Source: Eledone cirrhosa (Eukaryota). From it: a DNA stretch of 64,000 bases. The translations under genes and the position numbers were made by a program. The first letter of the stretch is position 1; each line of letters opens with the position of its first letter. Of the stretch, positions 13,927 through 27,820 are shown one piece after another. The notes beneath the pieces were generated by a model. The model saw nothing but the letters and a program-made list of their open reading frames with translations, did no database searches and had not been told where the DNA came from. The stretch lies in NCBI GenBank assembly GCA_964016885.1, contig OZ024740.1, forward strand, positions 26,536,001 through 26,600,000. Direction: 5' to 3'.

Positions 13927-14407
13927 CATTATTTAACACATGTTTATGAAGATGCTATTCTATCGAGAAATCAAGTTTTTATGTGGCACAAAGTTTTAAA
14001 AGAGCGCCGAGAATATATTAAATAGGAAGTTCGTTCTGGAACGACAATCCCGTCAATAAATGAATAAAATATGGAAGTGATGCGAGTGTTGATGGTGAAG
14101 GATCACCGATTAAGTGTTAGAATGATTACAGAAGGAATGAGTTTGGATAAAATTAGTTCACAGAAATTATCAGACCATTTGTGTAAAACTTATCTGTGGA
14201 GCAAAAAGTGAACCGAGTGGAAATTTGTCAGGATTTGCTTGAAAGAGACGAAATTGAGCCAAACTTCTTTGAATGAAGTAATAACAGATGACACGTGGGT
14301 GGTCGAGCAAGGTCCACAAACAAAATGGCAAAGATAGGAGTGGCACACGAAAAGTTCACTTGTTCGAAGAAATCACGTATGAGCAGATACAAGGTGAAAA
14401 ATGATCG

Positions 14408-14578
14408 ATTGGCAGTATCGGTAGTGGGTCGGACGCCATGCTTTGCATCAAAGAGTTACGGCCCTTTATGGTCTGAGTTCAAATCCCACCGAGGTTAACT
14501 TTGCCTTTCATCCTTATAAAAATAAAGTACCAGTAATGCACTGGGATAATTGCTGCCTTGTGCCAAAAGTAGAAACAA
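14408..14578 (+). mobile_element. tRNA-derived SINE (family 1)
   Basis: TTGGCAGTATCGGTAG..GAGTTCAAATCCCACCGAGGTTAACTTTGCCTTTCATCC..AAAGTAGAAAC. Confidence 0.8.
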
Positions 14579-15149
14579 TTATTTTGTAATTTGGTAGTTT
14601 TATTTCCGATGATGAAATGTCCCAGAAATAAACGTTTGTTGTATTCGAATTATTCTCTGTAAAAGATATATTACAACAATTTTTTGGTTTACATTCATGT
14701 CAAAGGGAGAAACAATTATCAAGTATTTCGATAGACGCAATGTATTTTCACCCCGGGAGAGATAGTTAATCGCATCTACTACAAAGGACTTCGAAAGCAG
14801 GTCAAACAAGTTCGAAATGACATTGCAAGAGATTGATTACGACAGTAAGAAGGTTGATAATTTTGCAACTGTGGAAAACATACAAAAAATAGTATCCAAT
14901 GAGCTAAGGACACTCACATACATTTACTTCCGACATTGCTAGACAATGAAAAAACTTTGGAACCATTGTGTGACTTCCCAAATGTCATATTTTGAAGATT
15001 ATAACTTGTTATTTCATATACATCATATACATTTTTAAATAAAACACCAGTGCTCTTCCGCTTTGGACATATCTGTAAGGATATGTGCTTGTTTGCTCAA
15101 ATATATATATTACTATTTAGGATGTATCCATATATATATATTTGATCAA

Positions 15150-15266
<117 letters not shown>

Positions 15267-15538
15267 AAAAAATCAGAACCCCGAGGGCAGAGCTCAAGCC
15301 GTTTCGACAGCTATTTCTTGACCCGAAATAGCTGATCCAGAAATAGCTGTCAAAACGGCTTGAGCTCTGCCGTCGGGATTCTGACTTTTTTTCCTATTAC
15401 CCACTCTAATACCCAAAGTATCGAGTACTCTGGTGCGTTATGGTCCACCTGGTTCCTTACCACACTTTCTTCGTTATATATATATATTTATATATCAAAA
15501 TGAAAATCCGAAGGCAAAGTAAAATTCCAATCATTTAA

Positions 15539-15612
15539 TCACGACACATGTTTCAATAAGAGATAGATCGATTGTAAAGCCATGATCGATTATCACTGAT
15601 CTCATCAGGTGA
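15539..15612 (-). ncRNA. Type I HHR with extended, imperfect stem II
   Basis: Minus strand reads TCAC-CTGATGA-[GATCAGTGATA..TATCTCTTATT]-GAAA-CATGT-GTC-GTGA. Stem I is TCAC/GTGA, extended by CATTT/AAATG. Confidence 0.65.
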
Positions 15613-15678
15613 AAATGAATTGTCTTCAAATTCTTGATGAGGGAGAAAAAAACGATGTTCTCTCACAGAATTCATTCC

Positions 15679-15722
<44 letters not shown>

Positions 15723-15739
15723 AGTGTGTGAGTGTGTGA

Positions 15740-15860
<121 letters not shown>

Positions 15861-16140
15861 GAGTGAGAGGGAGAGAGAGTGTGTGTGTTTCTAAATCCGG
15901 AATGAGCCCCAATCAATTTAGTAATCGATGCATAATGGGATGCAGAGTTGGTATGTTTAGGAAAAATTATCCGACCACGTGCTCCTGCGGTGTTTGTTAC
16001 CGACATCACATACACGTGACACGATATTTAATCATCCTGAACCTTTCTATTAAAGGTAGAATCAATTTAACGAATGTCCACACAGACACGGAGTTTCAGT
16101 CTACTCAGTTTTTACTCACAAGTACTTGATCAGCCCGAGA

Positions 16141-16330
16141 ATAATTGTTTCTACTTTTGGCACAAGGCCCGCAATTATCCAGTACATTACTGGTACTTTA
16201 TTTTATCGACCCCGTAAGGATGAAAGGCAAAGTTAACCTCGGCGGCATTTAAACTCAGAATGGCAAGGGCCGTAACTCTATGCGTCAAAGCATGGCGACC
16301 GATCCTCTACCGATACTGCCAATCCACCAC
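16141..16330 (-). mobile_element. tRNA-derived SINE (family 1); other copies at ~9321-9410, 23670-23780, 27457-27557, 28870-28968, 30585-30765
   Basis: Same conserved SINE body in reverse complement. Confidence 0.8.
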
Positions 16331-16644
16331 ACATTTGCATTAGATGCTATACGATGGCAAAGAACCAGCGACCTTAGGAATGCCAAGTGTTACATGCTAC
16401 TGATACTGTTAAGGGATGCCCTGATGTGTTGTAGTGAAAGGAACGCTATTGTGTAAGATAGAGCTATGATTACATAATCTAATTCAGCGAGCCATTTCAT
16501 GTAAAGAAATATAAGTTGATATGATTCGGTTAAGATTTCTAGCAGATGCAGTAACAGATCCAGCCTAATTAACATTAACTCATGCTCCCATCCAAATTGT
16601 TGCTAAATAATGATTTCATTGGTGTCAACAGACTAAGCATATCA

Positions 16645-16690
<46 letters not shown>

Positions 16691-16695
<5 letters not shown>

Positions 16696-17313
16696 AATAT
16701 AAATTAGCGAGAATCGTATTTCAGCACAGGAATTAACGAAAATCAACATCCAATATGTGTGGCAAGCGCTCAATGATTCATGCGAATCAGAGCTACAACA
16801 TACGTTAAGGGCCAAACACACTGAGATGATGGTTAAATATATCATCCGCACAACCAAAACAAACGACCAAGTAATTCGGGTCATACAATAAAAATATATG
16901 TGTTGATACTTTCCCGGACCCTGGACTGATGGTAAAATCCAGTATTTGGTTTCTGCGACACCAAAATCAGGTACTGTCCGCCTCCATAAAGAATGTTTGG
17001 CTTCAGGTAAGATGATGAACAAGGAAGTCGTGTTATCAACGGGTTTTGTTCTAGGATGCTATAGATAAGAGTGTCTATTACTGACCCCACGTGGTGTTCA
17101 GCAAGGGAGGCAACACTTATATTAGGCGAATGATTCAGTTGTGTATCATATTGCGAGAATGCAAAATATCACAAATCGAATAAAGCTCTCGACAGAATGG
17201 TTAAATATAACAGAGCTATTCAACAGTCAATAGAAGCAACAAAAAAATCAATAAAATTAACTGCTCAATAGCTAGACTCTGGAAATTAATACAAATATAA
17301 ATTAGCGAGAATC

Positions 17314-17317
<4 letters not shown>
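16691..17317. repeat. ~598-bp non-coding unit with a 29-bp direct terminal redundancy, embedded in (TA)n
   Basis: ATACAAATATAAATTAGCGAGAATCGTAT occurs at 16691 and 17289. Confidence 0.7.
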
Positions 17318-17382
<65 letters not shown>

Positions 17383-17503
17383 GCTATATATATACATACA
17401 TACATATACATATGTCTATATATATATATATATATATTGATGTACTTGGGGAGGGTCATATATATAGAGAGAGAGAGCGATACAGAGAGAGAGAGAGAAA
17501 TAC

Positions 17504-17552
<49 letters not shown>

Positions 17553-17600
17553 TGTGTAGGCCTCTATATGCGTGTGACTAAATCATTTAGTGAGGTGTAG

Positions 17601-17744
17601 TTCTTCTTCTTCTTCTTCTTCTTCTTCTTCTTCTTCTTCTTCTTCTTCTTCTTCTTCTTCTTCTTCTTCTTCTTCTTCTTCTTCTTCTTCTTCTTCTTCT
17701 TCTTCTTCTTCTTCTTCTCCTTCTTCTTCTTCTTCTTCTTCTTC
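17601..17744. repeat. (TTC)n microsatellite
   Basis: Near-pure run; explains the poly-R ORF. Confidence 0.98.
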
Positions 17745-18715
17745 GCAAAGACTGAGAGGGAGCGCTTAGAGATTGGAATGTCTTCAGGCGCTCACAGCCC
17801 TCGACCAATCGGGCAATGTGATCGGTGGAAACTCCACCTTGGCGTTCTATAGGGGATTAGTGGAGGGGAGGAGCGACGACGTACTTGGAGAAACTCTAGG
17901 CGTCGACGAAAATCAACTAGCCAATCTCTTCGGAAGGACTTTCAGGCCGGGGCCTATGGACAACTTCCAGAAATCCCTGGCCTGGCAGTGCTACCGAGGA
18001 GCTTTGCCAGTTCGGGATAAACTCTACAGGCATGGAGGTGCCGTCAGCCGGGCATGGCCGAGATGCGCGCAGGGCGACGAAACCGTCCTGCACGCATTCG
18101 CTCAGTGTCCGAGCATTGCTGACTTGTGGGTTTATGTCGAACACCTGCTGTCACGTGCAGGACGGATCCAGCTATCAGCTGAGTCCATCGTGAGGATTGC
18201 CCCGCCCCCTTCCTTTAGCCTGGAAGGGCAGGCAGTTTTTATCTGTCTGGTGGCCATGGCGAAAGATATAGTATGGTGGACACGTTTGAAAGGGCTGAAG
18301 ACGAGCACTTACCTCTTCGGTGATGCCCTGATTAACTTTTTCAAATTTCATTTGAAAAGGAAAATCAGGTTAGAGAGGGAAGTGCTCTCTTCCCAGCATT
18401 TTGTTGAAAGATGGGTGAGAGAAGCAAGTATGGCCCGAATGAATGGGCCTTCTCTGAGTATGTGTCTGTAAATTAAAGGTGGAAAACTGGGAGAGGGCAC
18501 TTGCTCTGGTGGTCAGGGCCACTGTGGTCTTTTAATGGGCTTTCTCCACAAATGTCCCTCGGAAGTCTCCCCCCTATTGGGGAATTTTTCTTTGTTATTT
18601 TATTTCAACCTCCGTTTTTTTTTACACGCAGAAATGCCCATTTGTACCGTCCTGTATTGTCCTGTACTGTCCTTAATGTCTACTTTATGTAAACCCTTGT
18701 GGTTAATAAAGAAAA

Positions 18716-18716
<1 letters not shown>
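17745..18716 (+). mobile_element. 5'-truncated Tx1-like retrotransposon (ORF2 C-terminus and 3'UTR)
   Basis: ORF 17773..18471 (PGPMDNFQKSLAWQCYRGALPVRDKLYRHG..ETVLHAFAQC..ARMNGPSL) is homologous to the array elements. AATAAA is followed by (ATT)n. Confidence 0.92.
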
Positions 18717-18757
<41 letters not shown>

Positions 18758-19123
18758 CAGCTTTAAAACAAAAAAAGAAATTAAAAATAGAAGCTACAAT
18801 AATAGCATAGTAATAGTGTCTGTGAAAAAATGTGTAAAATATGAAGGAGAAAGGATTATCTCGTTAATATGTTGCGAAATTAAGCTATAAATTTTGAAGA
18901 ACTTTTTATATAATTTAGAACGAAATAACTGGCATCGTTTCCCAGAGAAACCAAAACGTCATGAAGAATTAACTTCGAAAATAATATGTATCCATTTAAA
19001 ATTTTAATTTATCGATTGTTACGATACAAACATACTTAGACGCAGGCATACAAACACATACAAACACACACACTCACGCATATATATATATATTTATATA
19101 AATATACACAAGGTCTATATGCA

Positions 19124-19214
<91 letters not shown>

Positions 19215-19297
19215 TTATACATATGAATATATATATGTATGTATATACATGTATATTTATGAATCTATGCATACACACATACACACACACACACACA

Positions 19298-19341
<44 letters not shown>

Positions 19342-19881
19342 GTGTGTGTGAGTGTGTGTGAATATGTATATATATATGTATATCTCATTGGATGGGAAGT
19401 ATGTGAAACGTAGGCTTTCTTTTTTTAAATCCATCAGACTTCTGTCATGCAAACCTGTTTAGAGACGGTGATTATAACTTCAATAATCAAACAGACATGT
19501 TTTGTTAAAGTACGATTTACGCCATTCAAAATGGTTGCTGCTTAGTTCTTGAAACTAGAACGTTCAGGTTATGGAGGTTTCTTGCTTTAGCAATACAAAC
19601 TATGAAACTATTAGCTTTCTAATGTATAATTATAACACCTCTACTTTCGTATATAGTGGGAGGCAGTTTTATATTCGACATTCAACTTATTTAGATATTT
19701 AAGTATATATATATATTTATATTTATATATTTATATAAAGAGAGATTTATATACATATATACATATATATCTATATATATATATATCCAAAATTAAATTA
19801 AGGTTGTCACGTCTGAGAGAGATGCACCATATTCACTGCAGAATAAGCTCAAAGATTCCAATGAATAGATCTGAGCATTTT

Positions 19882-20208
19882 ATATCAACTAGAAATGGAT
19901 TGACACATATATATATAAATTAAACACATGAAACAATCTCAGGAAATAATTTGTAAAGTATGTAAGCACACATAGCTAGGTAGGTAACTAATTAAAGTTT
20001 AACTATAACTTCAAATAAAGTTTATTTTTAAAATGATTAATCTCCTTTTTAATTAATCATTTTAAAAGGTATCTATATTTGAAGTTCTAGTTAAACATTA
20101 ATTAGTTACCTACCTAGCTATGTGTGCTTACATACTTTACAAATTATTCCCTGAGATTGTTTCATGTGTTTATTTTATATATATGTGTCAATCTATTTCT
20201 AGTTGATA
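19882..20208. repeat. ~325-bp imperfect foldback
   Basis: ATCAACTAGAAAT..CATAGCTAGGTAGGTAACTAATT..TTTTAAAATGATTAA is mirrored as reverse complement around a short loop at ~20041-20052. Confidence 0.85.
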
Positions 20209-20214
20209 TCTATA

Positions 20215-21161
<947 letters not shown>

Positions 21162-21167
<6 letters not shown>

Positions 21168-23460
21168 TAACAGATTAAAGTTTAAGCAAAGAATCGCTGC
21201 TTTCACCCTTAACGGGATCTTCTGAAACTAACAAAGTCAATCTGTAAACGCAGAACTGGATATTTCAAAAAACGTTGCAACCGGAGGAAGACAGGAAGAC
21301 GATACTTTGGTTCGTGGATACGTTCGCTGGCTAAGAACGGGAAAAAAACGAATATAATACGTCATTAATAGGAGCGGTGAAAAACAATTACGCGCAAAGA
21401 CAGAACACGTGTATGGTATAATAGAGGTCGTAGACTAATGTTCTCTTAGGTGGTACATAGAGACGTTCTCTGGCGATGAACGAAAAAAACGAAGATAATA
21501 CGTCATATGTGGAACGTAGAGAACAATAGCACGCAAAGACAAAACCACGTAAATGGTATAGCAGAAGTCGTAGACTAAATTCTAACTAGGAGACCGAATG
21601 AATCTCCGCTACGGAGTTAAGAACAAAGTAAATAAATACAATACAGAAGTAATAGAAATAAATAAATACATACACGCAAACAGAAACGTACATACACAAG
21701 CAAGCATACGCAAAAACTTACCATAGGTAAACAAAACCACGTACATATAAATATGTGTGTGTGTGTAAGCATTTATACAAATAAATAAATAATTATATAA
21801 CCGTATATAAATAAATAAATACGTACATAACAAGCGCACACACATACCTACATGTAAATACACGAATGTTCGGAGATGTAAGTTAACCAAAACATGAAGT
21901 ACACATATACACACGCCCTACATACGTACGAACCTGCATACTCACACAGACGCAAAACTCCAGTATACACATAGCCGAACCATATGTACCAGAATATATA
22001 AAAAAATTATACGATCAAATATACGTACGAGAAGGTATACGTACCTTCACAAAACATACGGATAATATATACTTACCTATGCAAATAAGTAAAGGTATAA
22101 ACAAAACATATACTTAGCTCCCATATCGAGACGTAAAATATCCGTACTATCCGTTAGGGTATAAAGTGGGGCTGTAATACAGGAAAGTTTTGTGCAATTT
22201 ATGTTTACAAGCCGAAATTGCCTCAGATTTTTTGTTTAAGGTGTGGTCTGTGGCGTAGAGTATTTCCAGGGCCTCAGCGGCACAGATGTCACATGGTCTT
22301 TTATTTCCGTTATATGATCCAGCCCTCGCTAGGATCTCCCAGTGTAACTTATATTGGGTGTGGTTGTCTTTTAGACTCCAGATATAAGCTGAAAGTGACG
22401 TCATATTCCTTCTTAGAGGGTAACGAAAAGAATGGGTATGCATGTAAAGACGCTGCTTGAATATATTGGCGGTTAACCCTATGTAGGCCCTACGGGACGT
22501 GGGTGTTACAACCTTACATTTGTAGACAATGTTACTAGAGAGGCATTTCCCGGATAGGGGGCAATCAACCCGATTCCAACAATTACAGTTAGTACTAACT
22601 ACAGGGTTGCGCGTGTGCCTACGGCTAGGTAGTTTAGCTAAATTTGAAGCTGTGGTGTTATGTGCAAGGTTAGGAGTCGTAGACTAAGAAATTTTAATAG
22701 TATTTCTATAAAAAAAATTACTATATTTATGTGTAGGGGGAAAATGCTTCGTAATAAGCGGAAAAAAGATCTTAGCTAATGGTGTGGCCACCTCCATATT
22801 ATATGGTGGGTTATACCAACAAATGCGACGGGATCTATTTCGTCTAGGTCTATTTTCGTACTCAGTATATGCTACCTTATCGACAAATCCACTTCGAGCA
22901 AGAGCTTCATTGTAATAAGTGGAATGGTCGCTGAAAATACGCTCGTTGGTGGAAAGACGGGAAAGCCTCAACGAAACGTTTCTTACCAGGTTCTTGGTTA
23001 TGCTGGCAGGATGGTTGGAATGCTTACTTATGTAATTAAGCGTATATTCGGCTTTCTATACGGGTAATACAACCCATTCAATAAGTTGAGCGTAACGCCG
23101 AGGTAATTAACGACCGAGAGATTGGCCTCAACCTGTATAGAGAGGTTGAAGCCTTTAAAGAAGGCTGTGAGTTCTTTTCTGAACCTGTCGCAAGCACGAG
23201 GTCCGCACTTAGTCATGGTCAAAAGACCATCGTCATGGTACAAACCACCGCCCGCGTTGGGGAATTCGTCCTTGATAGAGAAAAGAAGGAAAAGGCCGAT
23301 AAGATCAGTAACCTCGGCAGCATCACTGGCGCCCATACTCACGTCGAATGGGGTACTATTGGGTTTTTTAATCCAAATGGAGTCGTCGAAATTAATCACC
23401 GACTTACGGGCATTGAGGATGACATCAACTTCGAATCCACTGTGAGTGTTTTAGCGAAAT
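21162..23460 (-). mobile_element. 5'-truncated, frameshifted Penelope-like element (second lineage)
   Basis: RT motifs FDVSMGASDAAEV and GLYHDDGL. Then CNCWNRVDCPLSGKC-NIVYKC..YIGLT..FKQR (GIY-YIG) and CDICAAEALEI. The 3' region has a decayed HHR-like motif (CAGAAGA-T-CCC..GGG-T-GAAA, ~21194-21224) and ends in (TA)n. Confidence 0.88.
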
Positions 23461-23474
23461 TGTGTGTGTGTGTG

Positions 23475-23506
<32 letters not shown>

Positions 23507-24615
23507 TATACATATATATAAATTGAGAGAGAGTAGTTACTGTTCCGAATAGCAGATTTCAGAAAATATAAAGAAATTATGACGCCAAGCATTTTTTAAA
23601 TATTTTATATATATATATATATATATTTTCATTTCTCTCACTATTTTCACTTCATTAATTGTTTCGTTTTTCAAATCCCGCCGAGGTTAATTTTGCCGTT
23701 CATCCTTACGAGGTCGATAAAATAAAGTACCAGTAATGTACTGGGTAATTTGCTGGCCTTGTGCCCAAAGTAGAAACAATTAATTGTTTCGTTTTCTAAT
23801 GTTTACGCCTCCCCCAGCTTTCCTTATCCTCCTCCTTTTCTTCTTCTTCTTCTTCTTCTTCTTCTTCTTCTTCTTCTTCTTCTTCTTCTTCTTCTTCTTC
23901 TTCTTCTTCTTCTTCTTCTTCTTCTTCTTCTTTGTTGTTATTATTATTAAGAGAGTGCTCAAGCGTGGAAAATGCTATAAATATATCTTATAAATTAGAG
24001 TGAAGACCCATAAAAGACGGAAAATAAGTTGATAACGGTCACTTTGAGAATCTGAGCCCCATATCATTCAAATACCGGCTAGACACATAAACCTTTAACC
24101 CTTTATCATTTAAACCCGCTGCATCCGGCCAGAATTCTCTCACTTTTTTTTTGTTCAGACCGCCCATACCTGGTCATTCATACTGATGTTAAGGTATTTT
24201 ACTCAAAATAAATGATACCAAAATCTCATAGATACAATATTATGTGAGATGATGATGTGAGGTAAAGCCTTAACCACGAAAATACAATGGTACATATAGA
24301 ATAATGTAAATGCTAAGGAGCCGATGAAGAATTTATTCTTATCATTTTCACTAGATAACTGGACAACACCTTTCAGATACCAACAGACAGGCAGTGAGAC
24401 TGACCGACAGACATCAGTGTGTACGAAGCCCGTATCTGGGAGATATGGGATTAAATTCCTCAATGCGTCCTTATCACCTACTTGTTCAGTCTTTTAAGTG
24501 TCTTTACCCTCTTTTATAAGCTTTTTTCTAGCATTTTCGTCGCTCATATACATACACACACGTGCACGCACACGCACGCACACACAACACACACAACACA
24601 CACTCACACACACAG

Positions 24616-24654
<39 letters not shown>

Positions 24655-24744
24655 GGAGACGATCGACTTTCGTCAAATCGAACCGAGGGAACAATGTTTC
24701 CGTTGGTCTTTCCAATTGCTAATACTATCTATCGGTCGCAACTC

Positions 24745-25015
<271 letters not shown>

Positions 25016-25230
25016 TAAGTTAAAGTGTACATCTACATATGTATACGGAAGTATTAGTATGCATATAAATACACACATGTATACATATGTACATGTACTC
25101 AGTTTTTCACTAGACACTTTATAGTGAGTGTCAGCTAGTCTGTATGTAACCACACAGACGGACCGGGTTTTAGAGTCATACGAGTTTTCAAGGAAACACA
25201 TGTCCTCTATTCTCCAGAGGGCCAGACAGG

Positions 25231-25275
25231 AATATTGGACTAGTTTCGATGTTGTTACATCTCATCAGCAATATT
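25231..25275 (-). ncRNA. Type I hammerhead ribozyme (469-bp family)
   Basis: AATATTG-CTGATGA-GATGT(aaca)ACATC-GAAA-CTA-GTC-CAATATT on the minus strand. Confidence 0.9.
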
Positions 25276-25699
25276 TACCCATCTTCCGTCTTCTCTGGAG
25301 AATTGTAAAAGCACATATCGTTATATGCTTTTTATATGAAAATTAGTAGTGGGTAGACTAATTTGCATAGAACGTGAGTCATTGTACGCACCGGTTCAGC
25401 GGAAACGATAAAAACAAATAACGAAACGAAATTAAATTTCGTTTCGCTTCTAACTCACTTTTGTATGACTGACGCTTAAACAATTAAGTTAAAGTGTACA
25501 TCTACATATGTATACGGAAGTATTAGTATGCATATAAATACACACATGTATACATATGTACATGTACTCAGTTTTTCACTAGACACTTTACAGTGAGTGT
25601 CAGCTAGTCTGTATGTAACCACACAGACGGACCGGGTTTTAGAGTCATACGAGTTTTCAAGGAAACACATTTCCTCTATTCTCCAGAGGGCCAGACAGG

Positions 25700-25744
25700 A
25701 ATATTGGACTAGTTTCGATGTTGTTACATCTCATCAGCAATATT
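25700..25744 (-). ncRNA. Type I hammerhead ribozyme (469-bp family)
   Basis: Identical motif one period downstream. Confidence 0.9.
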
Positions 25745-26168
25745 TACCCATCTTCCGGCTTCTCTGGAGAATTGTAAAAGCACATATCGTTATATGCTTT
25801 TTCTATGAAAATTAGTAGTGGGTAGACTAATGTGCATAGATCGTGAGTCATTGTACGCACCGGTTCAGCGAAAACGATAAAAACAAATAACGAAACGAAA
25901 TTAAATTTCGTTTCGCTTCTAACTCACTTTTGTATGACTGACGCTTAAACAATTAAGTTAAAGTGTACATCTACATATGTATACGGAAGTATTAGTATGC
26001 ATATAAATACACACATGTATACATATGTACATGTACTCAGTTTTTCACTAGACACTTTACAGTGAGTGTCAGCTAGTCTGTATGTAACCACACAGACGGA
26101 CCGGGTTTTAGAGTCATACGAGTTTTCAAGGAAACACATTTCCTCTATTCTCCAGAGGGCCAGACAGG

Positions 26169-26213
26169 AATATTGGACTAGTTTCGATGTTGTTACATCT
26201 CATCAGCAATATT
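26169..26213 (-). ncRNA. Type I hammerhead ribozyme (469-bp family)
   Basis: Identical motif, third copy. Confidence 0.9.
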
Positions 26214-26385
26214 TACCCATCTTCCGGCTTCTCTGGAGAATTGTAAAAGCACATATCGTTATATGCTTTTTCTATGAAAATTAGTAGTGGGTAGACTAAT
26301 TTGCATAGAACGTGAGTCTTTTCATAGAAAAAGCATATAACGGTATGTGCTTTTACAATTCTCCAGAGAAGCCGGAAGATGGGTA

Positions 26386-26430
26386 AATATTGCTGATGAG
26401 ATGTAACAACATCGAAACTAGTCCAATATT
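26386..26430 (+). ncRNA. Type I hammerhead ribozyme (469-bp family, inverted arm)
   Basis: AATATTG CTGATGA GATGT AACA ACATC GAAA CTA GTC CAATATT read directly on the + strand; predicted cleavage after C26423. Confidence 0.92.
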
Positions 26431-26839
26431 CCTGTCTGGCCCTCTGGAGAATAGAGGAAATGTGTTTCCTTGAAAACTCGTATGACTCTAAAACCCGGTC
26501 CGTCTGTGTGGTTACATACAGACTAGCTGACACTCACTGTAAAGTGTCTAGTGAAAAACTGAGTACATGTACATATGTATACATGTGTGTATTTATATGC
26601 ATACTAATACTTCCGTATACATATGTAGATGTACACTTTAACTTAATTGTTTAAGCGTCAGTCATACAAAAGTGAGTTAGAAGCGAAACGAAATTTAATT
26701 TCGTTTCGTTATTTGTTTTTATATATATATATATATATAACGAAGGAAATGTGGTAAGGAACCAGGTGGACCATAACGCACCAAAGTACTCAATACTTGA
26801 GGTAGTAGAGTATATATATATATATATATATATATATTG

Positions 26840-27034
26840 AATATAGAAAAGATTTCTACAGGACTAGATCTATTTCATTCAGGAGAAATCATCAGGTAGT
26901 CCTGATGATTCTCCTGAATGAAACAGTTCTAGTCCTGTAGAAGCCTTTTCTATATTAAATATATATTCTCTGCTTTGTATTGAGTACCTTGCTTACTCTG
27001 GTTACCCCCGATTAAACCCGGGATAAACTTACTC
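26840..27034 (+). repeat. Short repeat family B with inverted arm and partial HHR cores back-to-back
   Basis: Arms 26840-26896 and 26901-26956. Each reads CTGATGA-(T)TTC(tcct)GAA-T-GAAA outward from the centre. Confidence 0.75.
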
Positions 27035-27146
27035 ATATATATATATATATATGAAGTATTTCCGTAGGAAAGGTACAGGAAAAAAGAGTGCTCTATGTAG
27101 GCTTGAGAGCATATTAGTTATGTAATAAACAACATAAGATAATTAT

Positions 27147-27207
27147 TTCATTTACCAGTGGTTTCTTGAAGGCAGATGTTCTGCCTGACATCAGTCGTCA
27201 GAATGAA
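27147..27207 (-). ncRNA. Type I hammerhead ribozyme in a ~370-bp insert between (TA)n tracts
   Basis: Minus strand reads TTCATT-CTGACGA-C-TGA..AGGCAGA(aca)TCTGCCT-TCA-A-GAAA-CC(act)GG-TA-AATGAA. All three stems form. Confidence 0.8.
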
Positions 27208-27605
27208 TAAATAACATGGATTTGAAAACAAAATTTAGGAAATATGAAAGTGAGGCTGAAAGAAACGGGCAAAAGGGAAATAGGGGACAAAAATTTATAA
27301 ATAAATATCCAGAACATAAATATACACATACTCAACCACGCGCATATACGTAATAGTACGTAGACGTATACTTTCTCACATAAGCGTATTTGCGTCTACA
27401 TGGAAATACGAACAGGAACATAAAAATATACACATACATATATATATATATATATAAAGGCAAAGTTAACCTCGGCGGGATTTGAACTCAGACCATAAAA
27501 GGGGCGTAATTCTTTTGCTGCAAAGCATGACGTCCGAACCTCGACCGATACTGCCAATAATGACATACATTCATAACTATCCATATATATATATATATAC
27601 ATATA

Positions 27606-27820
<215 letters not shown>

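Larger units (their letters stand above)
13427..15076 (+). mobile_element. Decayed Tc1/mariner DNA transposon interrupted by two SINEs
   Basis: Remnant peptides NAINFCVKLN, VYEDAILSRNQVFMWHKVLKERRE and C-terminal WNHCVTSQMSYFED. Imperfect TIRs TACAAAGTCTGTCC at 13427 and GGACATATCTGTA at ~15065. Confidence 0.7.
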
